This document shows positions 1 through 8,010 of a stretch of 64,000 nucleotides of DNA, in pieces (position 1 is the stretch's first letter; each line of letters starts with the position of its first letter). Origin of the DNA: a virus (Duplodnaviria > Caudoviricetes); the IMG/VR virus record IMGVR_UViG_2663762783_000006, positions 25,743 to 89,742 of that record, one strand, 5' to 3'. Both the position numbers and the translations under genes were made by a program. The notes beneath the pieces are model-generated. The model did not search any database, was not told the DNA's origin, and saw only the letters and a list, made by a program, of their open reading frames with translations.

Positions 1-346
1 ACTGACCATCCTCCAGCTGGGAGAGCTGAATAGAGCCGGTCAGATTAAGCTGGTCCTCAACCAGCGACGGGTAGGTATAGACAGCGCCCAGCGCATCACA
101 GGTAAAGCCGCCTGTAATGGCCGCTGCGCACGCTGCCGTCAGCTCAGCCACCTTGGCATCTATCGCAAGCTTGAGCGGAAGCGTTGCAGCAGCCTCTGAA
201 AGCTCGGCAACGGTCGGCTGCGGCACGCCCTCAAGGGCCCATTCAGAAATGTAGTCGCCTCGATCATCAGCATCATTGCGCAACTGCCAGGAGGTTTTCG
301 GGTTAGCCGCCGGAAACAGCGCAACCAGGATTTCATGCAAGGTCAT
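1..346 (-). CDS. Tail fibre assembly/chaperone protein (DUF4376-like), runs off the window's left end
   Basis: ATG at 344-346 overlaps the TAA of the upstream gene; my translation MTLHEILVALF...AKVAELTAACAAAITGGFTCDALGAVYTYPS..EDQLNLTG is a paralog of 1221..1790 (AKVAELNDACAAAIVAGFESDALGETYSYPS..EDQLNLTG). Confidence 0.75.
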   Translation of the reverse strand, partial: MTLHEILVALFPAANPKTSWQLRNDADDRGDYISEWALEGVPQPTVAELSEAAATLPLKLAIDAKVAELTAACAAAITGGFTCDALGAVYTYPSLVEDQLNLTGSIQLSQLEDGQ

Positions 347-1224
347 TATTGAACTCTCCGACCGCTAAACCAGGACAGCGAACCGTCCGCATACGTGCTA
401 TCCGCTACGTTGCTAAAGTAATAAACGGCAATCTTGTCGCCCGCACTGAGCGACAGCGCGCCGCTATGACCACCGAGCGAAGTATTCCCTATCGACGACG
501 AGCTTTCGCCTAGACGGGCGCGCTGGACGCCGTTGATATAGAGGTCTAGCGCGCGCGCAGCCACTGAGCCGGTACTGCCATGAACTTCCGCGCTAAACTC
601 GTAGATTCCAGGGTACTTAACCGTGAACTGGCCGGTAGCAAGGTCGAACTCCTCCAGCTGATCCAGTGTTTTTGCACCAAAAACCACTCGCGTATAGGTC
701 TGCGCGGCAATGGCCTGAGATGCAGACACAGCAGCGCGAAAGGCCGACAGGCGCGACTTACTACGCTGGTCGATATCCCAGGTGCCGCCAATGGCAAACC
801 AGTTCACGCCATCGGTATTCGTGAAAATGACGCTCTCGCCAGGGTTTAGCGTCATCGCCGTGGCTCGACCGGCAGTGCCCGCCGACATGAAGTTCTGGCC
901 CTGCACCTTAAAGTTAATCGCGTAAAAGGTATTACTGAAAAAGGCCAGCGTTGCGCCAAGCACCTGACCGGCAGGCGGCATCGTAATAGTAATAACCTTG
1001 GACGCGGCCAACTGGAAAACCTTGCCCAGGTCATCGGCGGTCAATACCGTGTCCTCAGACAGCTGTGAGCTATCCTTAAAATTGCCTGCCTGGCGCATGA
1101 CGAACGCGGTGTCTGCCAGCAATTTCGAGTTATTACCGCGCGCAGGCGTAGTGGCGCGCGTTGGGTTATCCATAAAGTCACGGACAGCCTTGTCCGTGTT
1201 ACCCATGTCGAATGAACGAGTCAT
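346..1224 (-). CDS. Secondary tail fibre / receptor-binding module with C1q/TNF-like C-terminal domain
   Basis: N-terminal half parallels the distal part of the main fibre (PTxxTP..NS..L..T.F..R.AGN); C-terminal AF.A...FDLATGQFTV.YPGIYEF...SWFSG is C1q-like. Confidence 0.7.
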   Translation of the reverse strand: MTRSFDMGNTDKAVRDFMDNPTRATTPARGNNSKLLADTAFVMRQAGNFKDSSQLSEDTVLTADDLGKVFQLAASKVITITMPPAGQVLGATLAFFSNTFYAINFKVQGQNFMSAGTAGRATAMTLNPGESVIFTNTDGVNWFAIGGTWDIDQRSKSRLSAFRAAVSASQAIAAQTYTRVVFGAKTLDQLEEFDLATGQFTVKYPGIYEFSAEVHGSTGSVAARALDLYINGVQRARLGESSSSIGNTSLGGHSGALSLSAGDKIAVYYFSNVADSTYADGSLSWFSGRRVQ

Positions 1225-1790
1225 GCTTGCACCTCACTCCAGACTACTGCGGCCAGCTCATTGAGCGTTGTAGCCGCCTTGGCTTTTTCCACGAGGTCGT
1301 CTTTTGCATCGATTAGCGTTTGCTTAATCAGGGCAAACGTGACGCCTACCTTTTGCAGCTGCTCCAGCGTATGCGGGCGCTTGGCCCACACGCCCGCACG
1401 GTCAGCACACTTAAAGGTCGTACTGGTTGTCGGGGAAATGGACAGCATCTGAATAACGCCGGTTAGGTTTAGCTGGTCCTCGATCTTTGACGGGTAGCTG
1501 TAGGTCTCCCCAAGCGCGTCACTCTCAAAGCCCGCCACGATAGCGGCGGCGCAGGCGTCGTTCAGCTCGGCTACTTTGGCCTCCAGCGCAGCAGGCAACA
1601 GGTCGGCATCGGTTGTCGCCGTGACCTTGCCCTTGACCAGGCGATATGCCTGGTAGTCCTGGTGCTGGCTTTCGGAGCACTCGACCTGCTCACTCGGCAG
1701 CTCAAAGCCGTCAAAGGATGAAAGCTCATAGCGGAACGCACCCAAAGGCAGGCCCGCCGCGTTAAATTCAATCGTATGCTTAATCTGCAT
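1221..1790 (-). CDS. Tail fibre assembly protein (DUF4376-like)
   Basis: GF.SDALG..Y.YPS..DQ.NL...CAD..G.W..R.HT..QL..VG motif; directly follows the tail fibre gene. Confidence 0.75.
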   Translation of the reverse strand: MQIKHTIEFNAAGLPLGAFRYELSSFDGFELPSEQVECSESQHQDYQAYRLVKGKVTATTDADLLPAALEAKVAELNDACAAAIVAGFESDALGETYSYPSKIEDQLNLTGVIQMLSISPTTSTTFKCADRAGVWAKRPHTLEQLQKVGVTFALIKQTLIDAKDDLVEKAKAATTLNELAAVVWSEVQA

Positions 1791-1799
1791 TGGGCTGCC

Positions 1800-3932
1800 T
1801 TAACCTGCGTTCGTTGGGATAAACACGTAATGCGTGTTGTGCGTCATCGACATCCATGTCACGGACGTGGCCGTGCCGTAGGCTTGGCAGACCACGGAGA
1901 CCGTCTCGCCCTTTGCTACTTTGAGCGTTGCCGTATTGTTCATGCCGTTAGTGCAGCCATCGCTTGAAGACGACGTGCCCGAACTTGAGCCTGTAATGGC
2001 TGCCGAATTCGTTACAGGCGCAGGGTTAGTGCCATTGCCGATATTGATTGTTGACATAGCGATGACATAGCCGTCGCAAGGCGCAACAAATGACGGGTAC
2101 GACTTGCGCCATGTAAACGCAGCGCTGGCCGTTGGAGTGCCAGTGCTGGAAATAGACGCCGCGATGCCTCTTGTGCGCGACTTGAAAGCGTCAGAATAGG
2201 GAAGTCGCGCCGAACCGCCAGCAGGCCACCAGTAGTTTGAACCGTTGGACACAAGCGTTAGCGTGTCGCCAGGCCCCATTGAAATGGACGTCAGACTTTC
2301 CGTGTACTGTCCCGTCCGAATAACGTCAGAGCCTTGGACGACAATCGTTGCCGCTGACGCTCCGTTGCACTGTAGCAGTAGCGTCGCCCCGCTCGGCAGG
2401 CCAGCGCATGCAGGAAGTGTTATTGTGCTACCCGACGGGACAAGAATCGGCTTGCCGACCTGATCCTGCGTTAGCGTTGTATTGCCCGGAAGCGACGCCC
2501 AGTCTCGATAGTTGCCCGCCGCACGACGTAGAAACTCGGTAGTGACAAGTTTTAGACTGTTATCAAATTGCTCGGGGGTCGGAGCAGTCGGCTCGCCGGT
2601 AAAAGCAGGTGAATTGAGATTCGCCAGCGGCTCCCAAGGCCCGTTAAGCGCGCCATTCGAGTTTCCAGACACGCTCGTTGAAGCCGCTCTGCGATACCAT
2701 ACTTGCGACTTCGCGGGGTAGTAAATCAGTTGCAGTATCGTGTTTACGTCCCACGGTTTAACGTCGAGAATCGCGCCCTGAAGTGAGACGCCAGGCGGGC
2801 CATTGACGGTTGCCGCATCAAGCCGAAACGTGCCCTGCTCGATCATCGCGTTACAGTCGCCTGCATAAGGGCTGCGACTGACCATAAGGCCCCGCGCCAT
2901 CATCTCGGCCTTCGTAAAGAAGTCAGGCAAGCTAAAGACGCTTTGCGCCTCAATCAGAATTACGTCACCAGCGTTTGCGCCCTTGGTTAGCACGACAGTA
3001 GAGCCGTCTTCTGCCCTATAGTCGCTACGGGAAAGCAAACGCCCGTTGTAATACACCTTGAGCGAACCAGGCGTATAGGTGCCATCAAAAGAGGTCTGCC
3101 CAGCACTCGCCACGTTCTCAAAAATCGATATCGTGCCGCCACCGCCGACGCCACCCACGATCTGGAACGCGCTACCGTCGTAAATCAGCTCATAGACCGC
3201 GCCCGCCTTGACTTCGTTGGCCAGCAGGTTCTGATTGCCGTTTTTGTAGACGTTGACCGCCGCCAGGCCATTGACCGCCGCTGTGACTGCGCCCGAATTA
3301 CTGGCTGCCGCTTTGAAGATAAAGCGCTGGCCAGCTTTGTACGCGGCCACTTTTACGCCGTCCTGCATGGTTAGGGCAATGGCGTTTGCCGTGCCTGCAA
3401 CCGTCTTGGCCCACAGGTTGACTTGCGCGTCAATGAACACGTCGTAGCGGACATACTGCGGATGCGCATTATCTGCGCCCTCGTGCGCGGACAGTGCCGC
3501 CAGCGCGACCGACTGGTCAGGGTCAATCTGCACCGTCACCGATCCGCTCGGCACTTGCGCCAGACTGATATCGTTAAACAGCACAAAATCTACACCAGGC
3601 GTTTTATAGCCCAGCACTTCGCCTGCATTCGACCAGACCGCGAATAGGGTATCGCCAGCCCAGAAAGCGACCTCTGTTACCGCATAGGTGCCCACATCAG
3701 AGCGCCAGACGGACGAGATACGAATTTGAGTGTCAGTGATGCGAGTACCGCCCGCAATCGTGACCTTTTTTTGCTCATTGAGCAGCGCCGTTTCCTTGCC
3801 GGTCGGGATAAAGCTGCCCGTACCGAACGAAACGTGCGTTATTGCAATCTCAAGCCCCGTCGCTTTTGCGTTGAAAGCAGCCGCCTGGCCCGCTTCCGTA
3901 AGCGTCGGGTTGAAAACCTTTGCCGTTGCCAT
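1800..3932 (-). CDS. Main tail fibre protein
   Basis: N-terminal baseplate-attachment region (T.AG......G..I.ITH...GTG, EV.F...TLFAV; H...NAHPQY), NSPAFTG.PTAPTP repeat, 710 aa. Confidence 0.9.
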   Translation of the reverse strand: MATAKVFNPTLTEAGQAAAFNAKATGLEIAITHVSFGTGSFIPTGKETALLNEQKKVTIAGGTRITDTQIRISSVWRSDVGTYAVTEVAFWAGDTLFAVWSNAGEVLGYKTPGVDFVLFNDISLAQVPSGSVTVQIDPDQSVALAALSAHEGADNAHPQYVRYDVFIDAQVNLWAKTVAGTANAIALTMQDGVKVAAYKAGQRFIFKAAASNSGAVTAAVNGLAAVNVYKNGNQNLLANEVKAGAVYELIYDGSAFQIVGGVGGGGTISIFENVASAGQTSFDGTYTPGSLKVYYNGRLLSRSDYRAEDGSTVVLTKGANAGDVILIEAQSVFSLPDFFTKAEMMARGLMVSRSPYAGDCNAMIEQGTFRLDAATVNGPPGVSLQGAILDVKPWDVNTILQLIYYPAKSQVWYRRAASTSVSGNSNGALNGPWEPLANLNSPAFTGEPTAPTPEQFDNSLKLVTTEFLRRAAGNYRDWASLPGNTTLTQDQVGKPILVPSGSTITLPACAGLPSGATLLLQCNGASAATIVVQGSDVIRTGQYTESLTSISMGPGDTLTLVSNGSNYWWPAGGSARLPYSDAFKSRTRGIAASISSTGTPTASAAFTWRKSYPSFVAPCDGYVIAMSTINIGNGTNPAPVTNSAAITGSSSGTSSSSDGCTNGMNNTATLKVAKGETVSVVCQAYGTATSVTWMSMTHNTHYVFIPTNAG

Positions 3933-4043
3933 GTGAGTCCTCGCAATGCGGTCCTGTAGCGCCCCGAAAAGACGGTTTGCTACCGTTAGCCGCTATTGTG
4001 AGGAGGTAGGCGGGCCGCCTTTCGGCCCGCTTTCCCAACTGCC

Positions 4044-5393
4044 TTAGTACAGGACTTTGACCGCGCCCAGGCGGGAGAACCAGACTGTGCAATCTACCGT
4101 CTTGCTCGGCTGAATGTTGACGATGAGTCGGGCAGCAACTTTCGAATGGTTGGCTGACGTCAGGTAGGTTAGAACGGGCGTCTCGCGTGACAGCGGCCCA
4201 ATCTCCTCGCTTGGCCAAGGCAAGGAGCTATCAGAGTCTTCGCCGTCAAGCTTTTGCGTATAAGACGGCTCCATATAAAGCGCAAGGCCAACAGCGCTAA
4301 GCCCCACGCCCTTGGACTTAACCAGGCCCGTCGCCTTGATTTTGTCCTGATCCGAAAGGCTCGACAGCGTGACAAGGGACAGGCATGTAATCTCTGGCGC
4401 AGTCGATCCACTGGCACCAAAGATGCGTACCTTCTGCCATTCGACCCCTTCGCCGTCCACTTCTTTGCTCCAGGTCGTTTGCAGGCCGGTCATGTTGTTG
4501 CAAGAAGTCGTCCAGCCAGTTGCCATAACACTGCCGCTTGTAGCGTTGGCGTTAGCCGAAACGGTGCCGGTCGCGCCCGTCATCAACGGGTTGGCCGTCA
4601 GGCTGCCCAGCGGGTTTGTGCTTGCGTCAAATAGCGTGTTGGATTCGAGCAAGTCAGCCAGACCGCGAATGTATTTTGCAACAACCTGCGCAAGGCGCTT
4701 GCCAATGACCTGCGCACCCACCTTGCTGGGATGGATACCGTCGCGCAACATTTGCGGGTATGGGTAGTAATTGGTGCCGCTGGATGGGTCCACCAGGTCG
4801 TCCCATACGTTGACGACTTCGCACATTTTGGACATTTCTTCTTGCATCCAGACGTGCATCGCATAGTGGTCATTCTTGAGCGCTTGCGTGGTCAGTTCAA
4901 AATCACTTGAGCCGTTACCACGCGGCGTTTCACTAATAAGAATGACCGTGATCCCCGCCAGCTGGAACAGTCGCACCATCTCGCGAATATTGCGCTTGCT
5001 GGTGCCTAGATCAATCCGCCCGCCTGTGCGGTCGTTGGTCGAACCAAAGAGCACCACCAGGTTGGAGCCTGCGGCCTTCATCGCAGCAATGTGCGCCTTG
5101 ATGCGCGCCAGCATCTGTACGGTCGTATCGCCCGCCACGCCGCCATTGAGGCCCACCGGAGCCATTGCAATGCCCAGCGAATAGGCTCCCAGCCAGTGCA
5201 TGATGCCGTAGCCCTTCTGGAAGTCGTTGCCGTTCGAGCCCGACCAAGACAAGTGGATGCGCGAATCGCCAAAGCCGGACACAAAGCGATTGCAGGCAGG
5301 CGCAAGGGCCAGATTTTCAGCCAGCACTACGCCCATTTTTGATAGCTCAGAGCTGAGCCGTACTACTTGGTTTGTCATGTCATTACTACTCAT
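4044..5393 (-). CDS. SGNH/GDSL hydrolase-family protein (probable virion-associated esterase/deacetylase)
   Basis: FGDSR, NGGVAGDTT, GSTND and DGIHP catalytic blocks; located in the tail module. Confidence 0.8.
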   Translation of the reverse strand: MSSNDMTNQVVRLSSELSKMGVVLAENLALAPACNRFVSGFGDSRIHLSWSGSNGNDFQKGYGIMHWLGAYSLGIAMAPVGLNGGVAGDTTVQMLARIKAHIAAMKAAGSNLVVLFGSTNDRTGGRIDLGTSKRNIREMVRLFQLAGITVILISETPRGNGSSDFELTTQALKNDHYAMHVWMQEEMSKMCEVVNVWDDLVDPSSGTNYYPYPQMLRDGIHPSKVGAQVIGKRLAQVVAKYIRGLADLLESNTLFDASTNPLGSLTANPLMTGATGTVSANANATSGSVMATGWTTSCNNMTGLQTTWSKEVDGEGVEWQKVRIFGASGSTAPEITCLSLVTLSSLSDQDKIKATGLVKSKGVGLSAVGLALYMEPSYTQKLDGEDSDSSLPWPSEEIGPLSRETPVLTYLTSANHSKVAARLIVNIQPSKTVDCTVWFSRLGAVKVLY

Positions 5394-5429
5394 CTATGAC
5401 GTTAGGCGCGCCAGCTGCCTGGCGCGGAT

Positions 5430-6308
5430 TTATTCGGGCGTCATGTATGCGCCGCTTGAGTTGACGACGTAATCGTCGTTGTCATTGGTGACGTAGTTGC
5501 CGGAAGGAATTAGCTGCGTATCGTTGGCCAGCACATAATCGCCGTCGTCATTCATGACGTATGCGCCGTCATCGTTGGCCAAGGCATTAACGGGCTTGAT
5601 ATCACGAACAGCGGGTTGTATCTCGGAGCTTGCGAAGGCCATCACCAGGTTGGAACCGGCCATGACCGAGGCCGTACCCACAAAGGCCGTACCAATCTTC
5701 TCAGGGATCACTGCGCGCGCTTCGCCAGTCGTTCGCATGACGGTTACGCCATACATGGCCTGCGCAACGGGCACATAGGTTTTGACGAACCTGGCTACGC
5801 GCACGTTCAGCACGATCCGAGCCGCCACGGTGGACAGCAGCGCTTTCAGGATGCGCTCAGGAACGATATCGGTCTGGATATCCACGCGAACGCGCGACGT
5901 CAGAAAGTAGTCAGCCTCACTCTCGCCATCGAAGTCGATTTCGTTAGCGGACTTAAGCGCCGTGGGATATTCGGCGCTTTTCTTCTGGTACATTTGATCG
6001 ACCGACCAGACCGAACCGAACAGGACTTGCAGATAAGTTCTTAGGAACGAAAGGCCGCGACGCGGGTTTCGATAGCGCCAGGCTTTGAACAGATAGCGTA
6101 TGCCGTCCTCATCACCGTTATTGAGCACAACGAGGCCGTCTTGCGTCAGATGCCGCTGAATCAGGGCAATAGAGCCCAGGTGCGGCGCGCCGTAGACGTT
6201 GATCTCGTCCGCTTCGGCCTTGAGCGTCTGCGCATGCAGCCAGGTGAATAGCTCGGCCAGCTCCTGCTCAACGTCGCCGTTCTGGAACGTCTGTAACAGC
6301 GGGTTCAT
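5430..6308 (-). CDS. Baseplate wedge-associated protein
   Basis: Downstream of baseplate J-like gene, overlapping start; RGLSFLRTYLQ.LF motif. Confidence 0.55.
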   Translation of the reverse strand: MNPLLQTFQNGDVEQELAELFTWLHAQTLKAEADEINVYGAPHLGSIALIQRHLTQDGLVVLNNGDEDGIRYLFKAWRYRNPRRGLSFLRTYLQVLFGSVWSVDQMYQKKSAEYPTALKSANEIDFDGESEADYFLTSRVRVDIQTDIVPERILKALLSTVAARIVLNVRVARFVKTYVPVAQAMYGVTVMRTTGEARAVIPEKIGTAFVGTASVMAGSNLVMAFASSEIQPAVRDIKPVNALANDDGAYVMNDDGDYVLANDTQLIPSGNYVTNDNDDYVVNSSGAYMTPE

Positions 6309-7705
6309 TCGCTGGTCTCCACCGTCACGCTCAGGCTTTTGGCGGACACATAGCGATAGCTTTCGGGCAGAATCGTGTCGGCGTCAGTGACCTTGATATA
6401 GATATCGCTGGTCTCGGCCTGGCATGCCTGAATCTTGGACTGCAACAGGGTGCTGATTTTTCGGTACAGCACGCGCCCACGCCCGCGCTGCGCCCAGGCG
6501 GTATTTTCACCGTACTGGCCTAGAATCTGCTCGATAGCAGCCTGCTTAACGGCTGAATCGTCATAAATGGACGGCACTTGCAGCGTAATCTGAACAGGTA
6601 TCTCTACCCTCACGGCGGGCACGAACCGCACACGGTAGGAATCATCAGCGCGCGTAATCACCCGCTTGATTTCAGCCTCAAGCTCGGCTTGCTCTACGCC
6701 ATCCTTGAGCGCAGCCACAAACAGCGTGTTCATATTGTCCACACTTGGCGAACGAACAGTCTCCTCAAGGCGCTCATTCCAGACCGACAAAAAGCGGAAG
6801 GTGCCGATGTTCTTACGAATCAAGACGTCGAAGTTGCCCAGAAACACAGCAGCGTCGTCATACAGTGACGGATAGCTCGTGATCTCGCGCAAGGTCTCGA
6901 TAGTCATAGGGTCGGAGCCGACGCTGACGACTGAATCTAGCGTGACTTTTGCGCCGGAGTCGTAAGTGGTCGTTGCGTACTCGAACACAAACGGCGCGCC
7001 AGCAGACAGGGTAATGTTGCCCTCGGTCGATATGACCGTAATGCTCAGCACTTCATTGATAGCAGGCTGATAGCCGCCGATATTGGCCGCACCAAAGACG
7101 ATTTTAAGGGTTCGGTTCTCGTCGGTCTCAAGCGTAAAGCTGCGCGCCCCAAGCTCGGTATTTGTCAGGCTTGGCTGATAGGTAAAGTCATTACCAAACT
7201 GGTCAGCTACCTTGATTTCAACGATGCTGCCGGTCTCTGGCTGCGAGACCGGAATCATATAAAACGGCTTGCTGGTCGTGACCGTATGCGCCGTGACCGT
7301 CTCGACCTGCTGCACCGTCTGCACGGTTGCTGTGCCATTGGCGGGTACGTCAGCGCCCACCGTGACGACATGAACACGGCCCTGCGGATCAAGCACGCGA
7401 CGGCCTGCCTTTACGCTAAAGGCGGTCGCGGTAACGTTCTGAATAGCCAGGCGGGCGCGGTACGGCTGGCCCAGCGGCAATACGCCCTTGGCTGCCGCAT
7501 CGGCCAGCACCGTGACGTCGCGGACCTTATCGAACGGCTCACTGGCCTGTACATCCTGCTCTTGCGAATGCAGCGACAGCATGGCCGACATAGCGCCCAG
7601 CAGCGCCATTAGACGCGGGTCTTTTGCCTGGTACAGCAGCGCGGCTTGTGGGTACTCGGAAATAGCACCCTCCGCTAATGTTAAATACTCGGCCTTTGTC
7701 TTCAC
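6305..7705 (-). CDS. Baseplate wedge subunit (gpJ/T4 gp6-like)
   Basis: 466 aa; TVLADAA.KG.LP and I.FG....G..P....I....TEG motifs; gene order gp25-like > J > I-like. Confidence 0.7.
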   Translation of the reverse strand: MKTKAEYLTLAEGAISEYPQAALLYQAKDPRLMALLGAMSAMLSLHSQEQDVQASEPFDKVRDVTVLADAAAKGVLPLGQPYRARLAIQNVTATAFSVKAGRRVLDPQGRVHVVTVGADVPANGTATVQTVQQVETVTAHTVTTSKPFYMIPVSQPETGSIVEIKVADQFGNDFTYQPSLTNTELGARSFTLETDENRTLKIVFGAANIGGYQPAINEVLSITVISTEGNITLSAGAPFVFEYATTTYDSGAKVTLDSVVSVGSDPMTIETLREITSYPSLYDDAAVFLGNFDVLIRKNIGTFRFLSVWNERLEETVRSPSVDNMNTLFVAALKDGVEQAELEAEIKRVITRADDSYRVRFVPAVRVEIPVQITLQVPSIYDDSAVKQAAIEQILGQYGENTAWAQRGRGRVLYRKISTLLQSKIQACQAETSDIYIKVTDADTILPESYRYVSAKSLSVTVETSE

Positions 7706-8010
7706 GCCACATTCCCCAAACTATCGATTGACAGCTGAGTCACGCCCAGGTCGATAACAATGCGCAACGTCTCCTTGCCGACGTTTTCCGCCCACAAGTT
7801 GAGCTGCCCTGGCGGAAACTTGGCCAGGATCGGTACGTCTTCGGTCAGCTTGGCCAGGAAGGCGTCAGCCAGGGCCGTGTTTAGCGGCTGCTGGAGGAGG
7901 TCCTTTAAGTTGCTGCCGTAGCCGCTGCCCAGGTAGCCATCGACGGGAGTGCTCAGCCAGTGGCGGATCATGTCCGCCACGTCATTGATTGTTAGTGTAC
8001 TGCTCGCCAT
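7702..8010 (-). CDS. gp25/GPW-like baseplate wedge (sheath initiator) protein
   Basis: HWL.TP..GYLGS.YGS.L..LL..P motif, 102 aa, upstream of J-like gene. Confidence 0.65.
   Translation of the reverse strand: MASSTLTINDVADMIRHWLSTPVDGYLGSGYGSNLKDLLQQPLNTALADAFLAKLTEDVPILAKFPPGQLNLWAENVGKETLRIVIDLGVTQLSIDSLGNVA

Noticed and set aside
346-3932. Diversity-generating retroelement or Cin-type invertible segment
   Set aside because: No reverse transcriptase, no TR/VR pair, no serine invertase, and all cassettes are co-oriented in this window
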